From: Amoebophrya sp. A120
Lineage: Eukaryota; Protista; Dinoflagellata
Reading direction: 5' to 3'
Assembly (NCBI GenBank): GCA_905178155.1
Contig: CAJINV010000005.1
Span: 3,106,833-3,170,832, forward strand
DNA length: 64,000 nt
Part shown: in pieces, positions 23,651 through 36,900 of the stretch
Position numbering within the stretch: the first letter of the stretch is position 1
How the letters are laid out: every line of letters starts with the position of its first letter
The notes under the pieces: generated by a model
Database searches by the model: none
What the model was told of the DNA's origin: nothing
The model's input: the letters and a program-made list of their open reading frames with translations, nothing else
Position numbers and translations under genes: made by a program

Positions 23651-26058
23651 ATGGAAATCCTAATTTACCTGCTCGGCAACCTGTGTTGCATTGCAGCAGC
23701 GGGGTTGCTGGCGAAGCAGCTGCTGACCAGCAATGTAAATACCGAGACGAGCCTGCACATCTCCAAAGACCTGCATATGGCGTGCTCAGCTGGAACAATC
23801 TCAACATAGAGGAATCTGTGATGCAAAGAAAACGCGGATGATCGACCTCGTCTCCTGTCTGCTCAGCATGACAAACAACTTGTGACTGCTGTAAACTGAA
23901 CCAGAGCTGAACCAGAGTTGTCCATGATTAAGAAGAATTGCCGGGCTTCAAATAAGCTGCAGTAAGTACTAGTCTTCGGCACTCCGCAATTTTTGCGTGG
24001 ATAAAAAATACCATGTGAAGATCTCTATTCACATCGTTCTTCCAGTTCAGATCGTTCCAGCTGAGTACGCCATAGTGCAGTACATGCTTTTCTTCGGCTC
24101 CGTATTCCGACTCTATTGGAGCTTGTCACCGCCGGAGATCTGGTAAAAGTTTTGAAATAGGAATAGCAAAAGAAATGTAGAAGTATATTAGTACTCGATC
24201 TCGAATTCTAATAAGTACCAGAGCCAGGCAGAGCATATCTTGAATCACTTTGCACGTGATTAACCCTCACACTCAAGGTCAGAAGAGGCCACAATAGTGC
24301 AGTATCTGTGCTTCGCTGACCTGGCCGGTACCGTCTTACTCTGGGGCCTGTGCGCCGTGCTTTCAACCAAGTTCGGGAAAAACCTCTACTGGGAACTCAC
24401 CGGCGTCCGGTCACAAGACAGCAAAGCGAAAGGTAGGTGAAATAATTTCGATGAGTTTAGCCACGAAAGTGAAAGAATACCGCTCTTCACGTTGCTTGGA
24501 TATCATATTCGCAATGTGAAGATTTGGAACTTTTTCTCAGCTTCGGCACGACTTCGCGTGTATGAAAACAATGGATATAAAAACACCACAGCGAAGAAAC
24601 CAGCGGAAGGTTTTACTGCTCTCTTGACCTGGTATCGTAGAGAGAATAACTAGAATGTCGCATCTTTGTAGTTGCAAAATTCAATGACAATCAATGAAGT
24701 AAGAACTACTTGAAGAACTACAACATTTTGAGAAATTGTGTCATGGGAAAGCCCATGGCATGCATGTTAAGACCAGACGAATCTTTTCGCGTGTTCATTT
24801 CCACGGGACAAAGCCGACATACTAGCTTTTTTCTATGTGATACCTAGCCAATACTTTCGGTAGCCGCTGGCGTTCTGGCGTGGTTAGCAACGCATGTCCT
24901 GCCGAGCTTAAGTGGACCAACAGCTTGGCCCTTCGTGGATTGGGCAGTACGTTATGAAATGTTTGTTTCAATATGCTTTTTCTTGGAAAACATATGTGAA
25001 TGAGCAAGTTTGTTGTTTGCTTGATACTTAGACTTACCAAAAATTCTGTCCAGGTTGTGTGGAACATGCTTATCGACGGAATGGCAATGATATCCAACGA
25101 AGATCGTTTGGATTCGTGTAATTGGAAATAAATCTGTATACACAGAGACCAAGAAGTTGCTCTTGCACCACTTCGTCTCATGCCGGATATCGATATTCTG
25201 CATGACAGGCTTCGTGCTTCGGGCAGCACAAAGATTGTTGTTTTTGTACAGAGGGAGGACGCTTCATTGACTTTGACTCCTTTTTGTTTTGTTGGATAAC
25301 TGCTGCCACAAATTCTGACTCTGTCCGCGTCAGAGGAAAAAACACCAAGAATAACATCGCACTTCGTTGGCTTGCTGTGCGTAGGTACTTTATTTTACAA
25401 GAAGTGCTATACTTGAACATGATGATGATAGTGGTTCGGAATTGCCTGGAAATTATCCTGACATGTTGATTCGTAAGTCATGCGAACTTCCCTTATGTAC
25501 GGAAGAACAGCTTGGATCGATTATGTCGGTCAAAAACTACAAATCAAAAAGGTCGCGTCTTGCGCATGATTTTTTGGATCTGGTTATCCACTGGGAAACA
25601 TCAGGCGGAGCAAGATTGAGTAACATATTTCGGGGTCACGTCACGTTGCTCCATTAAGTTCGGCGGGGCGAAGATCTGTCATGTTTTTGTCGAAACGCGA
25701 CGCCGACGCCGGGCCGTGAGTTCGGCGGAGCCAATCTGTCATTCAGATTTCTATGCGATTGCAAATCTAACAAATCCGTTGAGTCGACGAGTACTTTCGT
25801 TTCATCGACTTTGGCAGGCTGTCGAGGAGGTCATCTGAACGCAACTAAACATGATACTCACTTCTGCTTCCTTGCCTGTTTTCCATTCGATCCCATTTGG
25901 TGTTCCACCCAGAAGCCGGACACGCCATGTGGACTTTCATCCTGCCGGACCTGATGCACAGCGTGGTGATGGCGGACTTTTTGTACCACTACGTCCAGAA
26001 GGTAAAACGCGACGCGAAAGAAATGCTCAACTTCGGTTACGACTACGCGCACGCGTAA
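23651..26058 (+). CDS. ERD2/KDEL receptor-like, paralog 2 (highly fragmented by introns; missed by the ORF track)
   Basis: Exons align with paralog 1: MEILIYLLGNLCCI, ISKDLQYMLFFGSVFRLYWSLSPPEIW, LAWLATHVLPSL, NMLIDGMAM-LPQI, TSHFVGLLCVG-RVLRMIFWIW-LVFHPEAGHAMWTFILPDLMHSVVMADFLYHY. Confidence 0.8.
23776..24074. mobile_element. Introner/MITE intron, distinct TIR
   Basis: Left TATGGCGTGCTCAGCTGGAACAATCT vs right revcomp TATGGCGTACTCAGCTGGAACGATCT; flanks CTGCA/GTGCA. Confidence 0.9.
24633..24842. mobile_element. Introner/MITE intron, subfamily B-like
   Basis: TATCGTAGAGAGAATAACTAGAATGTCG...CGACATACTAGCTTTTTTCTATGTGATA; flanks CCTGG/CCTAG. Confidence 0.8.
25091..25298. mobile_element. Introner/MITE intron (diverged)
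   Basis: TATCCAAC...GTTGGATA; flanks AATGA/ACTGC; join AM-LPQ matches paralog AMVPQ. Confidence 0.7.
25585..25892. mobile_element. Introner/MITE intron (diverged)
   Basis: TATCCACTGGGAAACATCAGGC...GCCTGTTTTCCATTCGATC; flanks CTGGT/CCATT; join IW-LVFHP matches paralog. Confidence 0.65.
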
Positions 26059-27087
26059 GCCAGTGCAATAGAATGTGGGTGGATTGTCAAAATGACAAGA
26101 GTACTTACTTTCTTCACTTGTTCGTACTTGTTTCTCATGCGTGAAATAAGGCTAGGCCGCCGGTCTAGCCTGTTTCACAGGGAAGGCAAGTGACGCGGCT
26201 AAAGATTGCAGGCTTGTTCATTCCCATGGACGAGGCTGCTTAAAACATTGGCAGGAGTGTCTGTCTTTGCCCCAAACCGCAGGCGAACTCGACTTTGCTT
26301 ATCATGGGTAAAGTTTGCCACGCGTCGCGTGCATTTGCCGCGCCGCCAGGCTGGCGTCGTGTTTATGCGAGACAAACTGCTAATGTCCATTTTGTCGATT
26401 CCCCACCTCGCATTCGTTCCCATAACGCAGTATAAGGAGCAGGCTGACCGTCTAGTAAAACAAAAACTACCACGAGGCAGAGTCCGGATTTCCGCTTTTT
26501 CACAGAAGACGACACGACCCGGCTCCTCCTGAACCGTCTTGGAAGATGATAAAACACTACTACCTCGCGCGCACCTTAACCAGCAGACCGGCTGTTCTTG
26601 TCCTGTTCAATTTTTGCGGATTAATGTCACGAAATATCAAATATTTTTCCACAATTCCTTGCTTTTCCGCGACGCTCTGTGCCCTGTACTCCAGGCAGAG
26701 TTGGCTTCTCTTCTTTCGATGACGACAGGAGAACAAATTGTACAAAGAAAAGAAAAACTAGGACGCTTCCGATTGGAATCGTCCCTTGGTTGAAGCAATG
26801 GCCTTGGACGCAAGTATACAAACTACAAGAAACACATTCGATGCTTTTGATACACATCATTCAAAAACTCCGATAGAATCGATTTTCAAAGTTGAAAAGG
26901 TCTGGCGAAACTAAAATGATCAACTTATAAGCAGGACGACAATAAAGGAGCAGTAGCAGTACGAAGACGCTCACTTACCTTGCGAAAAAAACGCAGAAGA
27001 ATTTGTTTATTGTGCATTAGACTAGTTGCCGCAATCAGCCATGTTCCTGTCTTGTTCATACAGTACGCTTAAGAAGGCACAGATTGT

Positions 27088-28043
27088 CAGGGGTGCAGAG
27101 CTCAAAAGTCGCTCATTTTCGTTTCGCACGTCGCTCACGGTCCTCCGTGGAATTTTCTCGAGGCGAAAAAAAATGTTTTGGAACGGAAAAAGACCGCGCC
27201 GCGAGTGGCAATCTCTGCCCTTTCCACTCTGAAAAATGCCCAGCCTGTGACAGTATAGATCGGGCTTTTTCAGAAGTAATTAGCGGAAAAACAAAAGAGC
27301 AAAGTGCCGGGAAAGCGTTTTGAGACTTTTCGAAACGTTAGTCAAAAGAACGCAGCACCGCAGTCGCGCCTGCCCTCGCTTGCCCACCCTTGTTTCTGCG
27401 CGACGGCTTTTGGAGAAGCCCCGGGCCCCAATCTCTGGGGCCGCCGGCGGAATTTTCTGTGACAGAGGCTGCAGTGAGGCCTCAATTCTCTTCGACCTTT
27501 TCTCGGGCTCCGGGTCAGAAGATTTCCTCTGAGGCGCTTTTTGCGGCGCCGTGGGTCAAAAAGCGGCAGAATTTGCGCTTTTTGGGCCGCGGCGCGCCGA
27601 AAAGCGTCTCAGAGGGTGCTTCCGACTCGTGGTCCGAAAACGATTATTCCTCTAGCTCTCGCAGAGAATGTCCGCAAGCGGCTGCGGAAATTGGGCTCCG
27701 AGGTTTCCTCAGAAAATCTTTCCGTGGAAACGCACTCCGTTCGCGGAGAGCAATTGCCCAGCGAGGGCAGCTGTGGTATGCTGCAACTCGTCAATGTTTC
27801 CGAAAAATTTCAGGCGCTTTTTCTCCTATCTGCATTTGCGTACTTCGCTCTTTGCTTCTGAGAAAATCTGGTCGCCATTCTACACAGATTGGGGCTTTTT
27901 CAGAGGCAAAATGGCAAAAATAGCAACTCGCCGAGCGCTCTTTTGCCATTCCGCAAAAAAAATTTCACGTCTGGAAATTCTCACAGACGACCGTGAGCGA
28001 CGTACGAAACGAATTTGAGCGACTTTGGAGCTCTGCACCCCTG
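27088..28043. mobile_element. Intergenic non-autonomous DNA transposon with ~55-bp TIRs
   Basis: Left CAGGGGTGCAGAGCTCAAAAGTCGCTCATTTTCGTTTCGCACGTCGCTCACGGTC vs right revcomp CAGGGGTGCAGAGCTCCAAAGTCGCTCAAATTCGTTTCGTACGTCGCTCACGGTC; no TSD seen; no transposase ORF. Confidence 0.85.
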
Positions 28044-28466
28044 GGCCGCCCGTGCCTTCATAAGTACGCTTTCGTTCCTCCTGTCGTGCTTGAGCTCCTC
28101 ATGCCCAATACTAAGGCACTCGGTACTTTCAAACCTAGTCGCCCTCGGTCTGTAGTGTTACTGCTTCTTTCTCACGTTCCCTGTCCACTGACGCGAGAGT
28201 GTGTTGAATCAGGAATATTTCGAAAAGCAATACTACAGGAGATGCTTTTTCCTGTGCTAGTAACGTAAAAATCTTGATTGGAATTTACTGAATGAGGAAT
28301 TATCGTCCGCAGAAGAATTGTTGCAACAAACGGGCAAACAGATGATAAGGAAATTGCCAGGGGGGTTGCTTTAAATGAAAATTAAAATGTACAAGGGCCG
28401 CGAGTCAACAACAACGTCGTTGCTCGGTTAATATCGTTTTTTCCTTTTAAGCCAAATCGCATAGTT

Positions 28467-31400
28467 ATGGCCACCGCTAGTACACCATCCTCCTCCTCGC
28501 CCACGCCAAACGGGAGCAATTTGAGCACGCCACTTGCCCTGGATCGCGATTGTTTCGAATTCGTGAAGCGCATGCTTGTCACGTTTGCGAGCGAGCACAA
28601 CGCAGAACTGGGAGCGAGCGACACCACCGTGGCTCAGTGCCGGCACAAGGCGAACAACTATCGGCGGGAGTACGACGAGGGGCACAAGTACACTGCAGCC
28701 GGTGGAAAAAGTGACCAAAGCGGGACTTCTAAAAAAAGCGGTTTCATCTCTCGTGACAGCGACAACGGAACTTCCACGAAAAACCCTCCGGATCTTTCCT
28801 GTTTGCTGAAGGGCTGGTGCGGAGAGGAGTTTTCTTTGCTTTCGCAGTGTTGGATATGAGAGAAGTGTGCACAACAATTCCCGCTCCGCTGGTTACGCCC
28901 TAGGATTTCTTTGAAGGGCCTCGTCATGTTGGGCGATAACAAGCAGCAACAGAAATAACACGGTCTACGAATGTAGTGTCTCTCTGCCTCTCAAGAACGG
29001 GCCCAAGAACAGATTGTGATGTCGTTCGGGCTAGTACTTCCGTATCGATAATAAACCGTCGCGCTTCGCAGTGCAGGAGTGCTGTGAAGCGAATGCACAT
29101 GATCAGGTGCATCTTTGTATAATATCCTTGCAGCTAGATAAGATAAAATGCAGCGGAAGTTATTGTGCACTTTCATACCGGGCCAGCAATTTCGACAAGA
29201 CCATCTGCCGGAAAGACGTCTATCGGCTCTGTGATTGCATACGGCAGAAGTACACGAATGCCGTCCTCTTGACTACACAGCAAAATCATGCTACTGGAAC
29301 AAATGGCAATAAAGGTCCGGCAGTTGCCCGATCGATGCCGCGTTTGTGCCGAAACGATAATTTCTAAAAAAGCGGCATGCTGCAATAATTACGTTGGATA
29401 TAATCTGCTCCCGGGATTTCATCAAACTAATTTGATCCAGATGTTTTTTGTGGTGTCTCTTTCTGAACATCCCCTCGACGCAACACTCGTTCGTTGTCGA
29501 TTTTTTCCGTGCCCTTGGAGTTATGTTATTCGTAGTCGTTATTTTGTTCGACTTGCTGTACTAGCTGCGTGTCGTGCTCGTGTCCGTGTGTGCGACTGCG
29601 AACAACTGTTGTGTAGCAGAAATATTGAGAGACGAGTGATTTTGACGAGTAGAAACCGTTCCGGGCGGAGAACATCAAGTGTGGTTTACGAGGGAAGCAA
29701 TACGATGGTTGGCCAAGTAAATTACATTTTGCTTTAACACAGTGTATAAAAACCAGCACTGTGTATAAAAACAGAACAAACGCATGATCCAATAGGCTTG
29801 GGAGTACGACATCAGCAGAAACGCATGGATGTGCATCTTGCATTCTGGTATTTAAGACAAAAGAAAAACCATGTTTCACAACTTTGGCGTCGGGTACGGC
29901 ACCCCGAACCAGATCCTGCACCAGGACTATGGAGATGGGGTCGAGCACGTGGCGAGTTTTTCGAAGTCCCGTTCGCTCGTGGACGGGAACAACATTCCCA
30001 TTCGCCCGGGCGACCAGCTGGAACAGATTCGCGACTTTGAGCTGTATATGCATCACAAAAGTTGTCATTGGGTCTGGTATCTTGTCATGCTGATGCTATC
30101 GTGTGGAAGAAGGCACACGCACACGTCAAAAGACAGCTACGCACGTTTGCAAGGTTTCTCGCTACTGTGCGTTCATCGTGCCTACTGCGCATGAGAAGTC
30201 GCGGTTTCGCATGACGAAGGAGCCGCGCTTTTGCGCAATGTGCATGACAGAATCCATGACCTTGCAAGCAGCGCATTGCAAGGAAGTATGGAAACGCTCA
30301 AGTAGATCAAGACTCAGACATGTTTGCGATGCATACTCTACAAGCGGCAGCAGTTCGACGAGGCCTACCGGACCTACGAGAGTGCACAGCCCTCCATCGC
30401 TCTCATTTGTCATGCAAAATGCCGTATGTAGTTCTTCTTCTTCCTGCCTTTTGGGACAACGGGTTGCATGACACATTCAGCAAAAACATTACTACACTCG
30501 CCGCAGTACTAGCTTGCCATGCAGGCACTGGATCCATGTTAGTTCTACTTCGTTGGTCTTTCTAGCGCTGATCAACATCCCTCCCGCCTGCAAATGAGGG
30601 GAAGAGGGCGTGGCGCACGCTGATAGGACCCCGACCCTGCGGCCCGAAGAATACGGCAGCCGGGCGCGGTTGGCCGCACAGCAGCTCCTCAACGAGGTGT
30701 ATGATTTGTACAAGACTGTGAAGCGCAACGTCGAGGTTCTCGTACACGAAATCTTGCCGAAAGCGAATGAGCTACTGCTCAAGGACGGCGTGGTGCAGAA
30801 GTGCGCGGTGTTTGGGTCGGAGCGGAAGCCGCAGGTGGGCGAGTACGAAGCACTGGTAAAGAAGTACGGGACCACGTCCTCTACAGCAGGGGGAAATAAA
30901 CAAAATCAAGTTCTCGCGCTCGGCTTGTCCAAGGAGGAAAATTTACGGCGGCTGCGGGTCTTTCGCGCGGTGGAGCAGATTCAGACGTTTGTGAAAAATT
31001 GGACCGCGGACGAGGAGGACCGCGAGGAGCTGGAGAACAGCTTGTCCTATCTGGACTCGGCGGATTTGCGGAAAATCGAGAAGCTGCAGTTTGCGCTCCC
31101 AGACGCCGAGGAAGTGTTCGAGTTTGAGCACCAAGGAGTACTAAATGGTGCCCACCAAGGAGCCATGGGGAACCAAGAAATGCTGACCACGGAGCAGAAA
31201 CTCGCTCTCAACCTCGGGCGGAAGAAGGAGCGCGAGGCGTTTTACGGCAAGCAGCTGACGACGGTGTGGAAGATGCTAGAGAAACGGATCAAGCGGCCGT
31301 TCGAGGATCCGTGCCGCGGGCCGCTGCTCGCCGCCTACGGCGAAGCGGAGAAGATCGCCAACGAGTCGGTGGCGCTGCTGAAGAAAGTGACCAACGCTTA

Positions 31401-32904
31401 CGAGCAGGCTGAGCTCGCATATCCAGGAGAAAAGATTGCTCAGCATAGGTATCTATCAGGTTTGCGAAGATGCAAAAATGGATAGGACAACATGAGATTC
31501 ATAGCGTCATGGGCCGCTCCTGCCCGTGATAAATGTTGTTTGTGTATTTGTTATTGCATGCCCTGTGCTGTTTTTTCCTCTGCGATACCGCAAGGCACGG
31601 GGTTCTGGACGTGATTGGCGTGGGCGTGCCGCCCGTGAAAATCGAAAAGGACGCGAAGACCGGCTTCCTGTACCCGCGCACCGGCACGGGGTTGCCGTTG
31701 TCCTCCTCTCCTTCATCTTCGAACTCCACCTACGGCACCAGCAGGGGCGCAATCGGTACTACTAGTAGTGCTTCTCCCAGCAGCACAACAAGAACGACCG
31801 CCGGCCCCCCACCAGGCCCGCCCTTTTCGCAACTGCCGTCGGTGCCGCCAAATGACATGGACATCGAGTTTGCCATATCAAATGCAAATATGTCTGGGTC
31901 TGGAAACTTGTAATGCTGCGTTGGGAGTAGTGAATGCTCTGCAATGCACAGCCAAGCATGAGAAATACAAATATCTGCGCTTCTTTGAGTTGCGTTTTTC
32001 GCATGACAAACTGCGTCTTTGCATGACAGGCAAAGGCGTCTCTTCTTGGACACGCATCGCAAACTTTTTGGTCATGCCAGACAAGCATGACAAATCTTGC
32101 AGTCTTCCAGGCCCAGACATTTTTGCATTTGATATGCCACCGACACCCCGGACCCGTACGCAACCGAGGAGGAAACGCTGCGCGCGCACGACGACCCCTT
32201 CGGGCTGGAGGCGAAGTACTGGCACCCGCTGGACCCGTTTCACCTGCGCAAATCGCAGGAGGTCGAGCGGGAGCTGGTGGCCCGGGCGCGGTACGAGCAG
32301 GAAAGACAGACCCTGAACCAGGGCACGCCGGAGCCGGGTACCACCAGCCCCGACCGGGATTTTGCCGCCGGCAAGGACGGCAGCGAGGGCATCTCCGGGT
32401 CCACCCCACCCGCGGAACCCGACATGGCGGAGGCGCTCATGGGGAACATTTCCAACGAGAATCCGTCCACGGCCGAGTTGCAGAGTTCCGAACCGTATCA
32501 AATGCAAAAATGTCTGGGTCTGGAAACTTGTAATGCTAAAAGTGAATGAGAATGATAGACGCGCCGCAAGACGCAGCTATGCATGACAAATTTTGTGGCT
32601 GCCATGTCTTACGTATTCCGCATGGCAAGCTGCCTTTTCGCATGACACTCAGGAGGGCTCTTTCGTGCCTATGCAACACAGATTCTCGAGTCATGCCAGA
32701 CAAGCATGACAAACTTGCATTATTCCAGACCCAGACACTTTTGCACTTGATAAGCCGCAAGCGGAAAGTGGGCCGCGCGAGGAGGACGTCCCCCAGCCGT
32801 TCTCGCGCACCACACCACTGATAACCGCACCGGCCGGCCCGCAGTCCAAGCCCGGGGTGGTCATGCCGGACATCTTTCGCTCGAATCCGGCCGACATGTT
32901 CTAA
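28467..32904 (+). CDS. Multi-exon hypothetical protein; frame reconstructed from 29871 to 32904, upstream exons unresolved
   Basis: Joins DFELY-KRQQFDEAYRT-PTLRPEEY...AELA-RHGVLD...IEFA-TDTPDPY...SSEP-QAESG...NPADMF*; linkage to the 28467 ORF is assumed. Confidence 0.6.
30047..30335. mobile_element. Introner/MITE intron, diverged family A
   Basis: TATGCATCACAAA...TTTGCGATGCATA; flanks CTGTA/CTCTA. Confidence 0.8.
30375..30625. mobile_element. Introner/MITE intron, distinct TIR
   Basis: Left TACGAGAGTGCACAGCCCTC..CTCATTTG vs right revcomp TATCAGCGTGCGCCACGCCCTC..CTCATTTG; perfect TSD GGACC. Confidence 0.75.
31420..31587. mobile_element. Introner/MITE intron, subfamily B-like
   Basis: TATCCAGGAGAAAA...TTTTTTCCTCTGCGATA; flanks TCGCA/CCGCA. 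Confidence 0.75.
31876..32134. mobile_element. Introner/MITE intron, family A
   Basis: TIR TATCAAATGCAAATATGTCTGGGTCTGGAA; perfect TSD TGCCA. Confidence 0.9.
32496..32752. mobile_element. Introner/MITE intron, family A
   Basis: TIR TATCAAATGCAAAAATGTCTGGGTCTGGAA; flanks AACCG/AGCCG. Confidence 0.9.
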
Positions 32905-33931
32905 TGATGATTTTGCACCCTCTTTCTGTAGAAGCGTCTGTTGCTTCTATTGTTCTCTTCAAACTTATTTCAAGCTCAAGCAAGATTCGCACGTGGACGT
33001 GATTTTTTGTAAGATTTGGTTTCGGTAGTTTTGTCTTGCAGCAGTCGTTTCTTATTTTTGTGCGGTCGCCTATGCCACTGTTTTGACATCATTATGAAAT
33101 AAAACTTGTCTGAAGTTTTGCCGGACTGTTTTGCAGCTGTATCCTCTTGCGAGATGTGATAAACATAAACGGCCGACGACAACAAGTTGCATTTGCGATC
33201 GCCAGTCGTCGTAGGAAGTATCTACAAAATGATGTGTTGCAGTTGGATGTACACTGCGTGTTGCCCAGAACTACACGCAACCTTGAACAGGAAGGCTTTT
33301 GTCTTTCGATCTTCTCGAAGCTTGCTTCCCTGTAGTAGAAGTCGAGCAAAGTCGCAAGGATAAGGAAGTCGACCGCCGGAGTAAATATCAGAAGACGCGC
33401 ACGGGTCGTGTGGTCTTCTCGCTTTCGTTTGAAACGTTTCGACAAGTTGGAAGTAGAGCGAGCCGGGCCTCAGTTCTCTCAGCCGAGCGCGGGTAGTAGT
33501 TTTTGATAAAGCAGCACACAGACGAACACCAGGTTCGTCTTTCGTTTCGACGAGTGAAGAAACCTCGGCGCTCACAAGCAAAACAGTGCGTCATTTTTCA
33601 TCAGTTTCCATTTTTCGTACGTCGATTCCTAGCTGGTGCAGCGACAAATTCGTTTGCCCGAAGCGGGGACCCGGTCGCATGGTATATCGCTGGAAAACAA
33701 AAGTATAGCATAGGCGGAGCGACCGCAGTGGGTGATTATGCTGGGGCCACCGCCGCCTCCGTGCGTCAGGCGGAAAAAAATGTAAGTAAAAACCTTCATT
33801 CTGTCTCTTTGCGGGATTGAAAATACGAAAACCACTTTAATGCCAAATTGACTCGTGAATTGCAACTGGTGTCTTGACCCAGCTCCAAGCTTGTGCAGCC
33901 GCGGCAGTTACGAAGAAGTTTTATCGACAAA

Positions 33932-36900
33932 ATGCTGCTCTTCACCTGCGTGGTGCGGATCGGTTCTTCGTTGCTTCTCGGCCGGTGGCTTCTCGCACTG
34001 CTGCTGCACGCGGTTTTTTTGCGCGCTCGAGTGCAAAACAAGGTGGACCAGCACGTGAAAGAAGGAGAAAGGCCGGCGAAAGGGAAAGACTCGGGCTCCG
34101 GCTCCGACTCCGGTTCGGGCTCGGGGAGTGACTCGGGGTCGGGGAGTGCGGACGGTGACAGCGGGGAGGACGACAAGAAAGGCAGTAGCAGAAAAGCCGC
34201 GTCGGACGACGACAACGATAGCAGCGCCAGTGGGGAAAGCCTCGGATCAGGCGAGAGCGTATTGTATGCTGGGCAATTGATATGTTCGGATTTTTATGAT
34301 ATTTCTTTTTGGCAAGACGACTCCTGGTCTTGCGTGTTGTCGGAATGGTTATCCCAAGCCCAACTACCGTTCTCCGTAAAAATATTCCACAGGACAAGAA
34401 GTCCGGTGAAGCAAGTGAAGGCGATGACGATGACGACAACGGTGCTGCTGGTGCAGTCAAGGACGCAGTTACGGATGCCGTCGCGGAAGAGGCGACTGGC
34501 GCTGCGGTGGGAATGATGGGCGGCGGCCTGGTGATGGGCGACGGCGACGGCGATGCTCCGGTGGGCCCGGAAGGCCTCCCGCGGGGAGACGACGAGTCCG
34601 ACAGCGAGGCGGACCAACCGACCACATACCTCGGTTTGCAGAAAGTCATCAATGCTAAGGATAAGCTCTGGGACTTGATCCTTACCGACGGCCCAGATCC
34701 GCGCTTGCACCACACCGCGGGCGATGACCTACCCAATATCGCCTACAACGCGAAAGACTGGCACCGCCCCTGGCAATATCCGACGGAAAAAGTGGTTTTT
34801 TGGAAATTTTCATGAGGAGCGCCAAGCTTGTCCAAGTAAAGAAAAAGGAAAAGCAGCAGTCATTGAATCTTCCATTGGTCAACATTGACTGAGTAAGGGC
34901 TTAGCGCTCCCAATGAACAGTATCAGAAATTTCTGTTAGGGTTGCATGTGGTGCGCATGTCAAAAAGTGTGTCTGTGATATACGAACAGAAGTGTATGAA
35001 CATGTTCAACATGTTGTTGCAGAGTGCAGCGCCGTTCTTGCAGTTCTAGCTTTAGATTGATATTAGATGTATGTAGTCGAGGTTGGCAGGCCTTCTCTCC
35101 TCCTTCCAAAAGTTTCATTTTTTCAAGGCATACTTAAATCAGAGTGAGCCGACCCGGGGACGAGAGGATACCAAAGTAAGTTTTATGAGTTATCCCACTT
35201 TATTTTTTGTCATGCTCATGCGCAACCGCAAGGCAAAAAGTCCAAACATCTTGGTCTTCTTCTTCATAGATTGGGCTTCCTCAAAAAGAAAAATCATTAT
35301 GCCACATTGACTCCACTTCTGCCAGGGATCTGGGTAACTGGGCAAATTGTTTGAACACTGAGTATCTGTACCACAAGCCCGACAAAGACCCGGCGGTGAG
35401 AACGCTGAAGAAGTACAATCTGCAAGGCAAATTGTATCACTACGTTGCGGCGGGAGAGTTCGAAAAAAATGGAAACAAACACAGCGGACCCTGTCGCTTG
35501 TATTGATCTGAATTACTTATTTCAATTTCGTCTTTTGGATTTGCTAAATACTTACAGCATTTCTTCTTCTTAGACCTATTTCAGGACAGCAACATGCCCA
35601 TGCATCGTTTGTAGAATTTTTGTGCCACACTTCTTCCGACAGTTTTTGATTTTGTCGACTATTTTCTTTTGAAATTCGAAACAGATTTCTTACAAACGCC
35701 GGTTGGACCATTGCAAGAGACGACGAAGACTGGGCGTTGTTCTGCATATCGTTGGAAAAAAATGGTGTTTTAGTGCAACTTCGAAAACTTTCAAGAACTC
35801 ATCCCAAAGCATCACAAAGTTTCCCTGCAGGGAAACACAACTGGTCATGCGCAGGTAGTTCGTTTACGTAAAAAAAAAATGAATCCTGGCACATAAAAAA
35901 TGCTTGTCGGGCGCAGGCCTGGTGACTAAATACGATAGCCGTCTTCTTACGAAATTCTGCAATACAAACTCAAGCTAATATACCGATTTTTTCCTTCGAC
36001 GCCGCAACTCCGAAGAGCATTGCTCGCAGCGGTTCGCGTGCCGGCGGATGACTGAAGCCATGAGACAAGAGACCAAGGCTATCACAGCGAAAATTTCAAC
36101 TAGCGTGCGGCTATAGTAGCTGATTCATTTGATTTGTAAATGTAATACACTCATGAAAAAGAAAATCTGTGATGCGATGGTGTCTCTCTGACGAGGGATA
36201 GCATAAGTAGCCTTGTGCTGTTTGCTGGTTTAGGTTTAAGACGTGCATCAAGACGGGTGTATGTTTGTGTACTAGTCATTTTTGCATTGCAGCAAATATG
36301 CTCCGCGTCGCGCTCTTTCTTTTCCAAAGGATAAAGGTGAAGAAGCGGCAAGTCGAAAACGCGCTGGAAGGCGTGTCAGACGAGGGGGGAGGTATATTTC
36401 TGAGCACACGAATCTTTTACTAGTTGGATACGGTATCTTTTCTGACCCCACTATTCATCAATTATCTGCGATGCATAAATACAACAATATCAAGGGTACA
36501 ACTATTGATGCTGTTGTAGTAGTTTTCTACGTGCTGTACTAGCTGAAAAGAAATTTCACACGCAAAAAAATCTTCAACCCCTATGATCAGCGATCGTGGC
36601 TCGGAACAATGCGAGGCGGGCGCAGGCAAAGCGAATCACGAACGAAATGAAGCGGGAGGAAACCCTAGCTATGATCAATGCCGAGGAGGAGGACGAGTTG
36701 CGGGCCTTGACCAAGTCGAGCCGGAAGAGCGAAAGGCAAGTCAATCAGTTGGACTGGGAGCAGCGCGACGTCTACGCCATTGTGAACCGCGATAAGGACT
36801 GCAACGACGTATAGACTCAGACAATTTGATTGATGTCTAGTACTACGGTTTTCGTTTTTTAGATAGAACACTCGTCCGCCTCTCGGAAGACCAAGACGAG

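Noticed and set aside
28690-29860. Possible additional degenerate TIR introns in the 5' part of the 28467 gene (also 35170-37010 and 60690-60805)
   Set aside because: TIR pairs and TSDs could not be matched confidently by eye, so they are not called.
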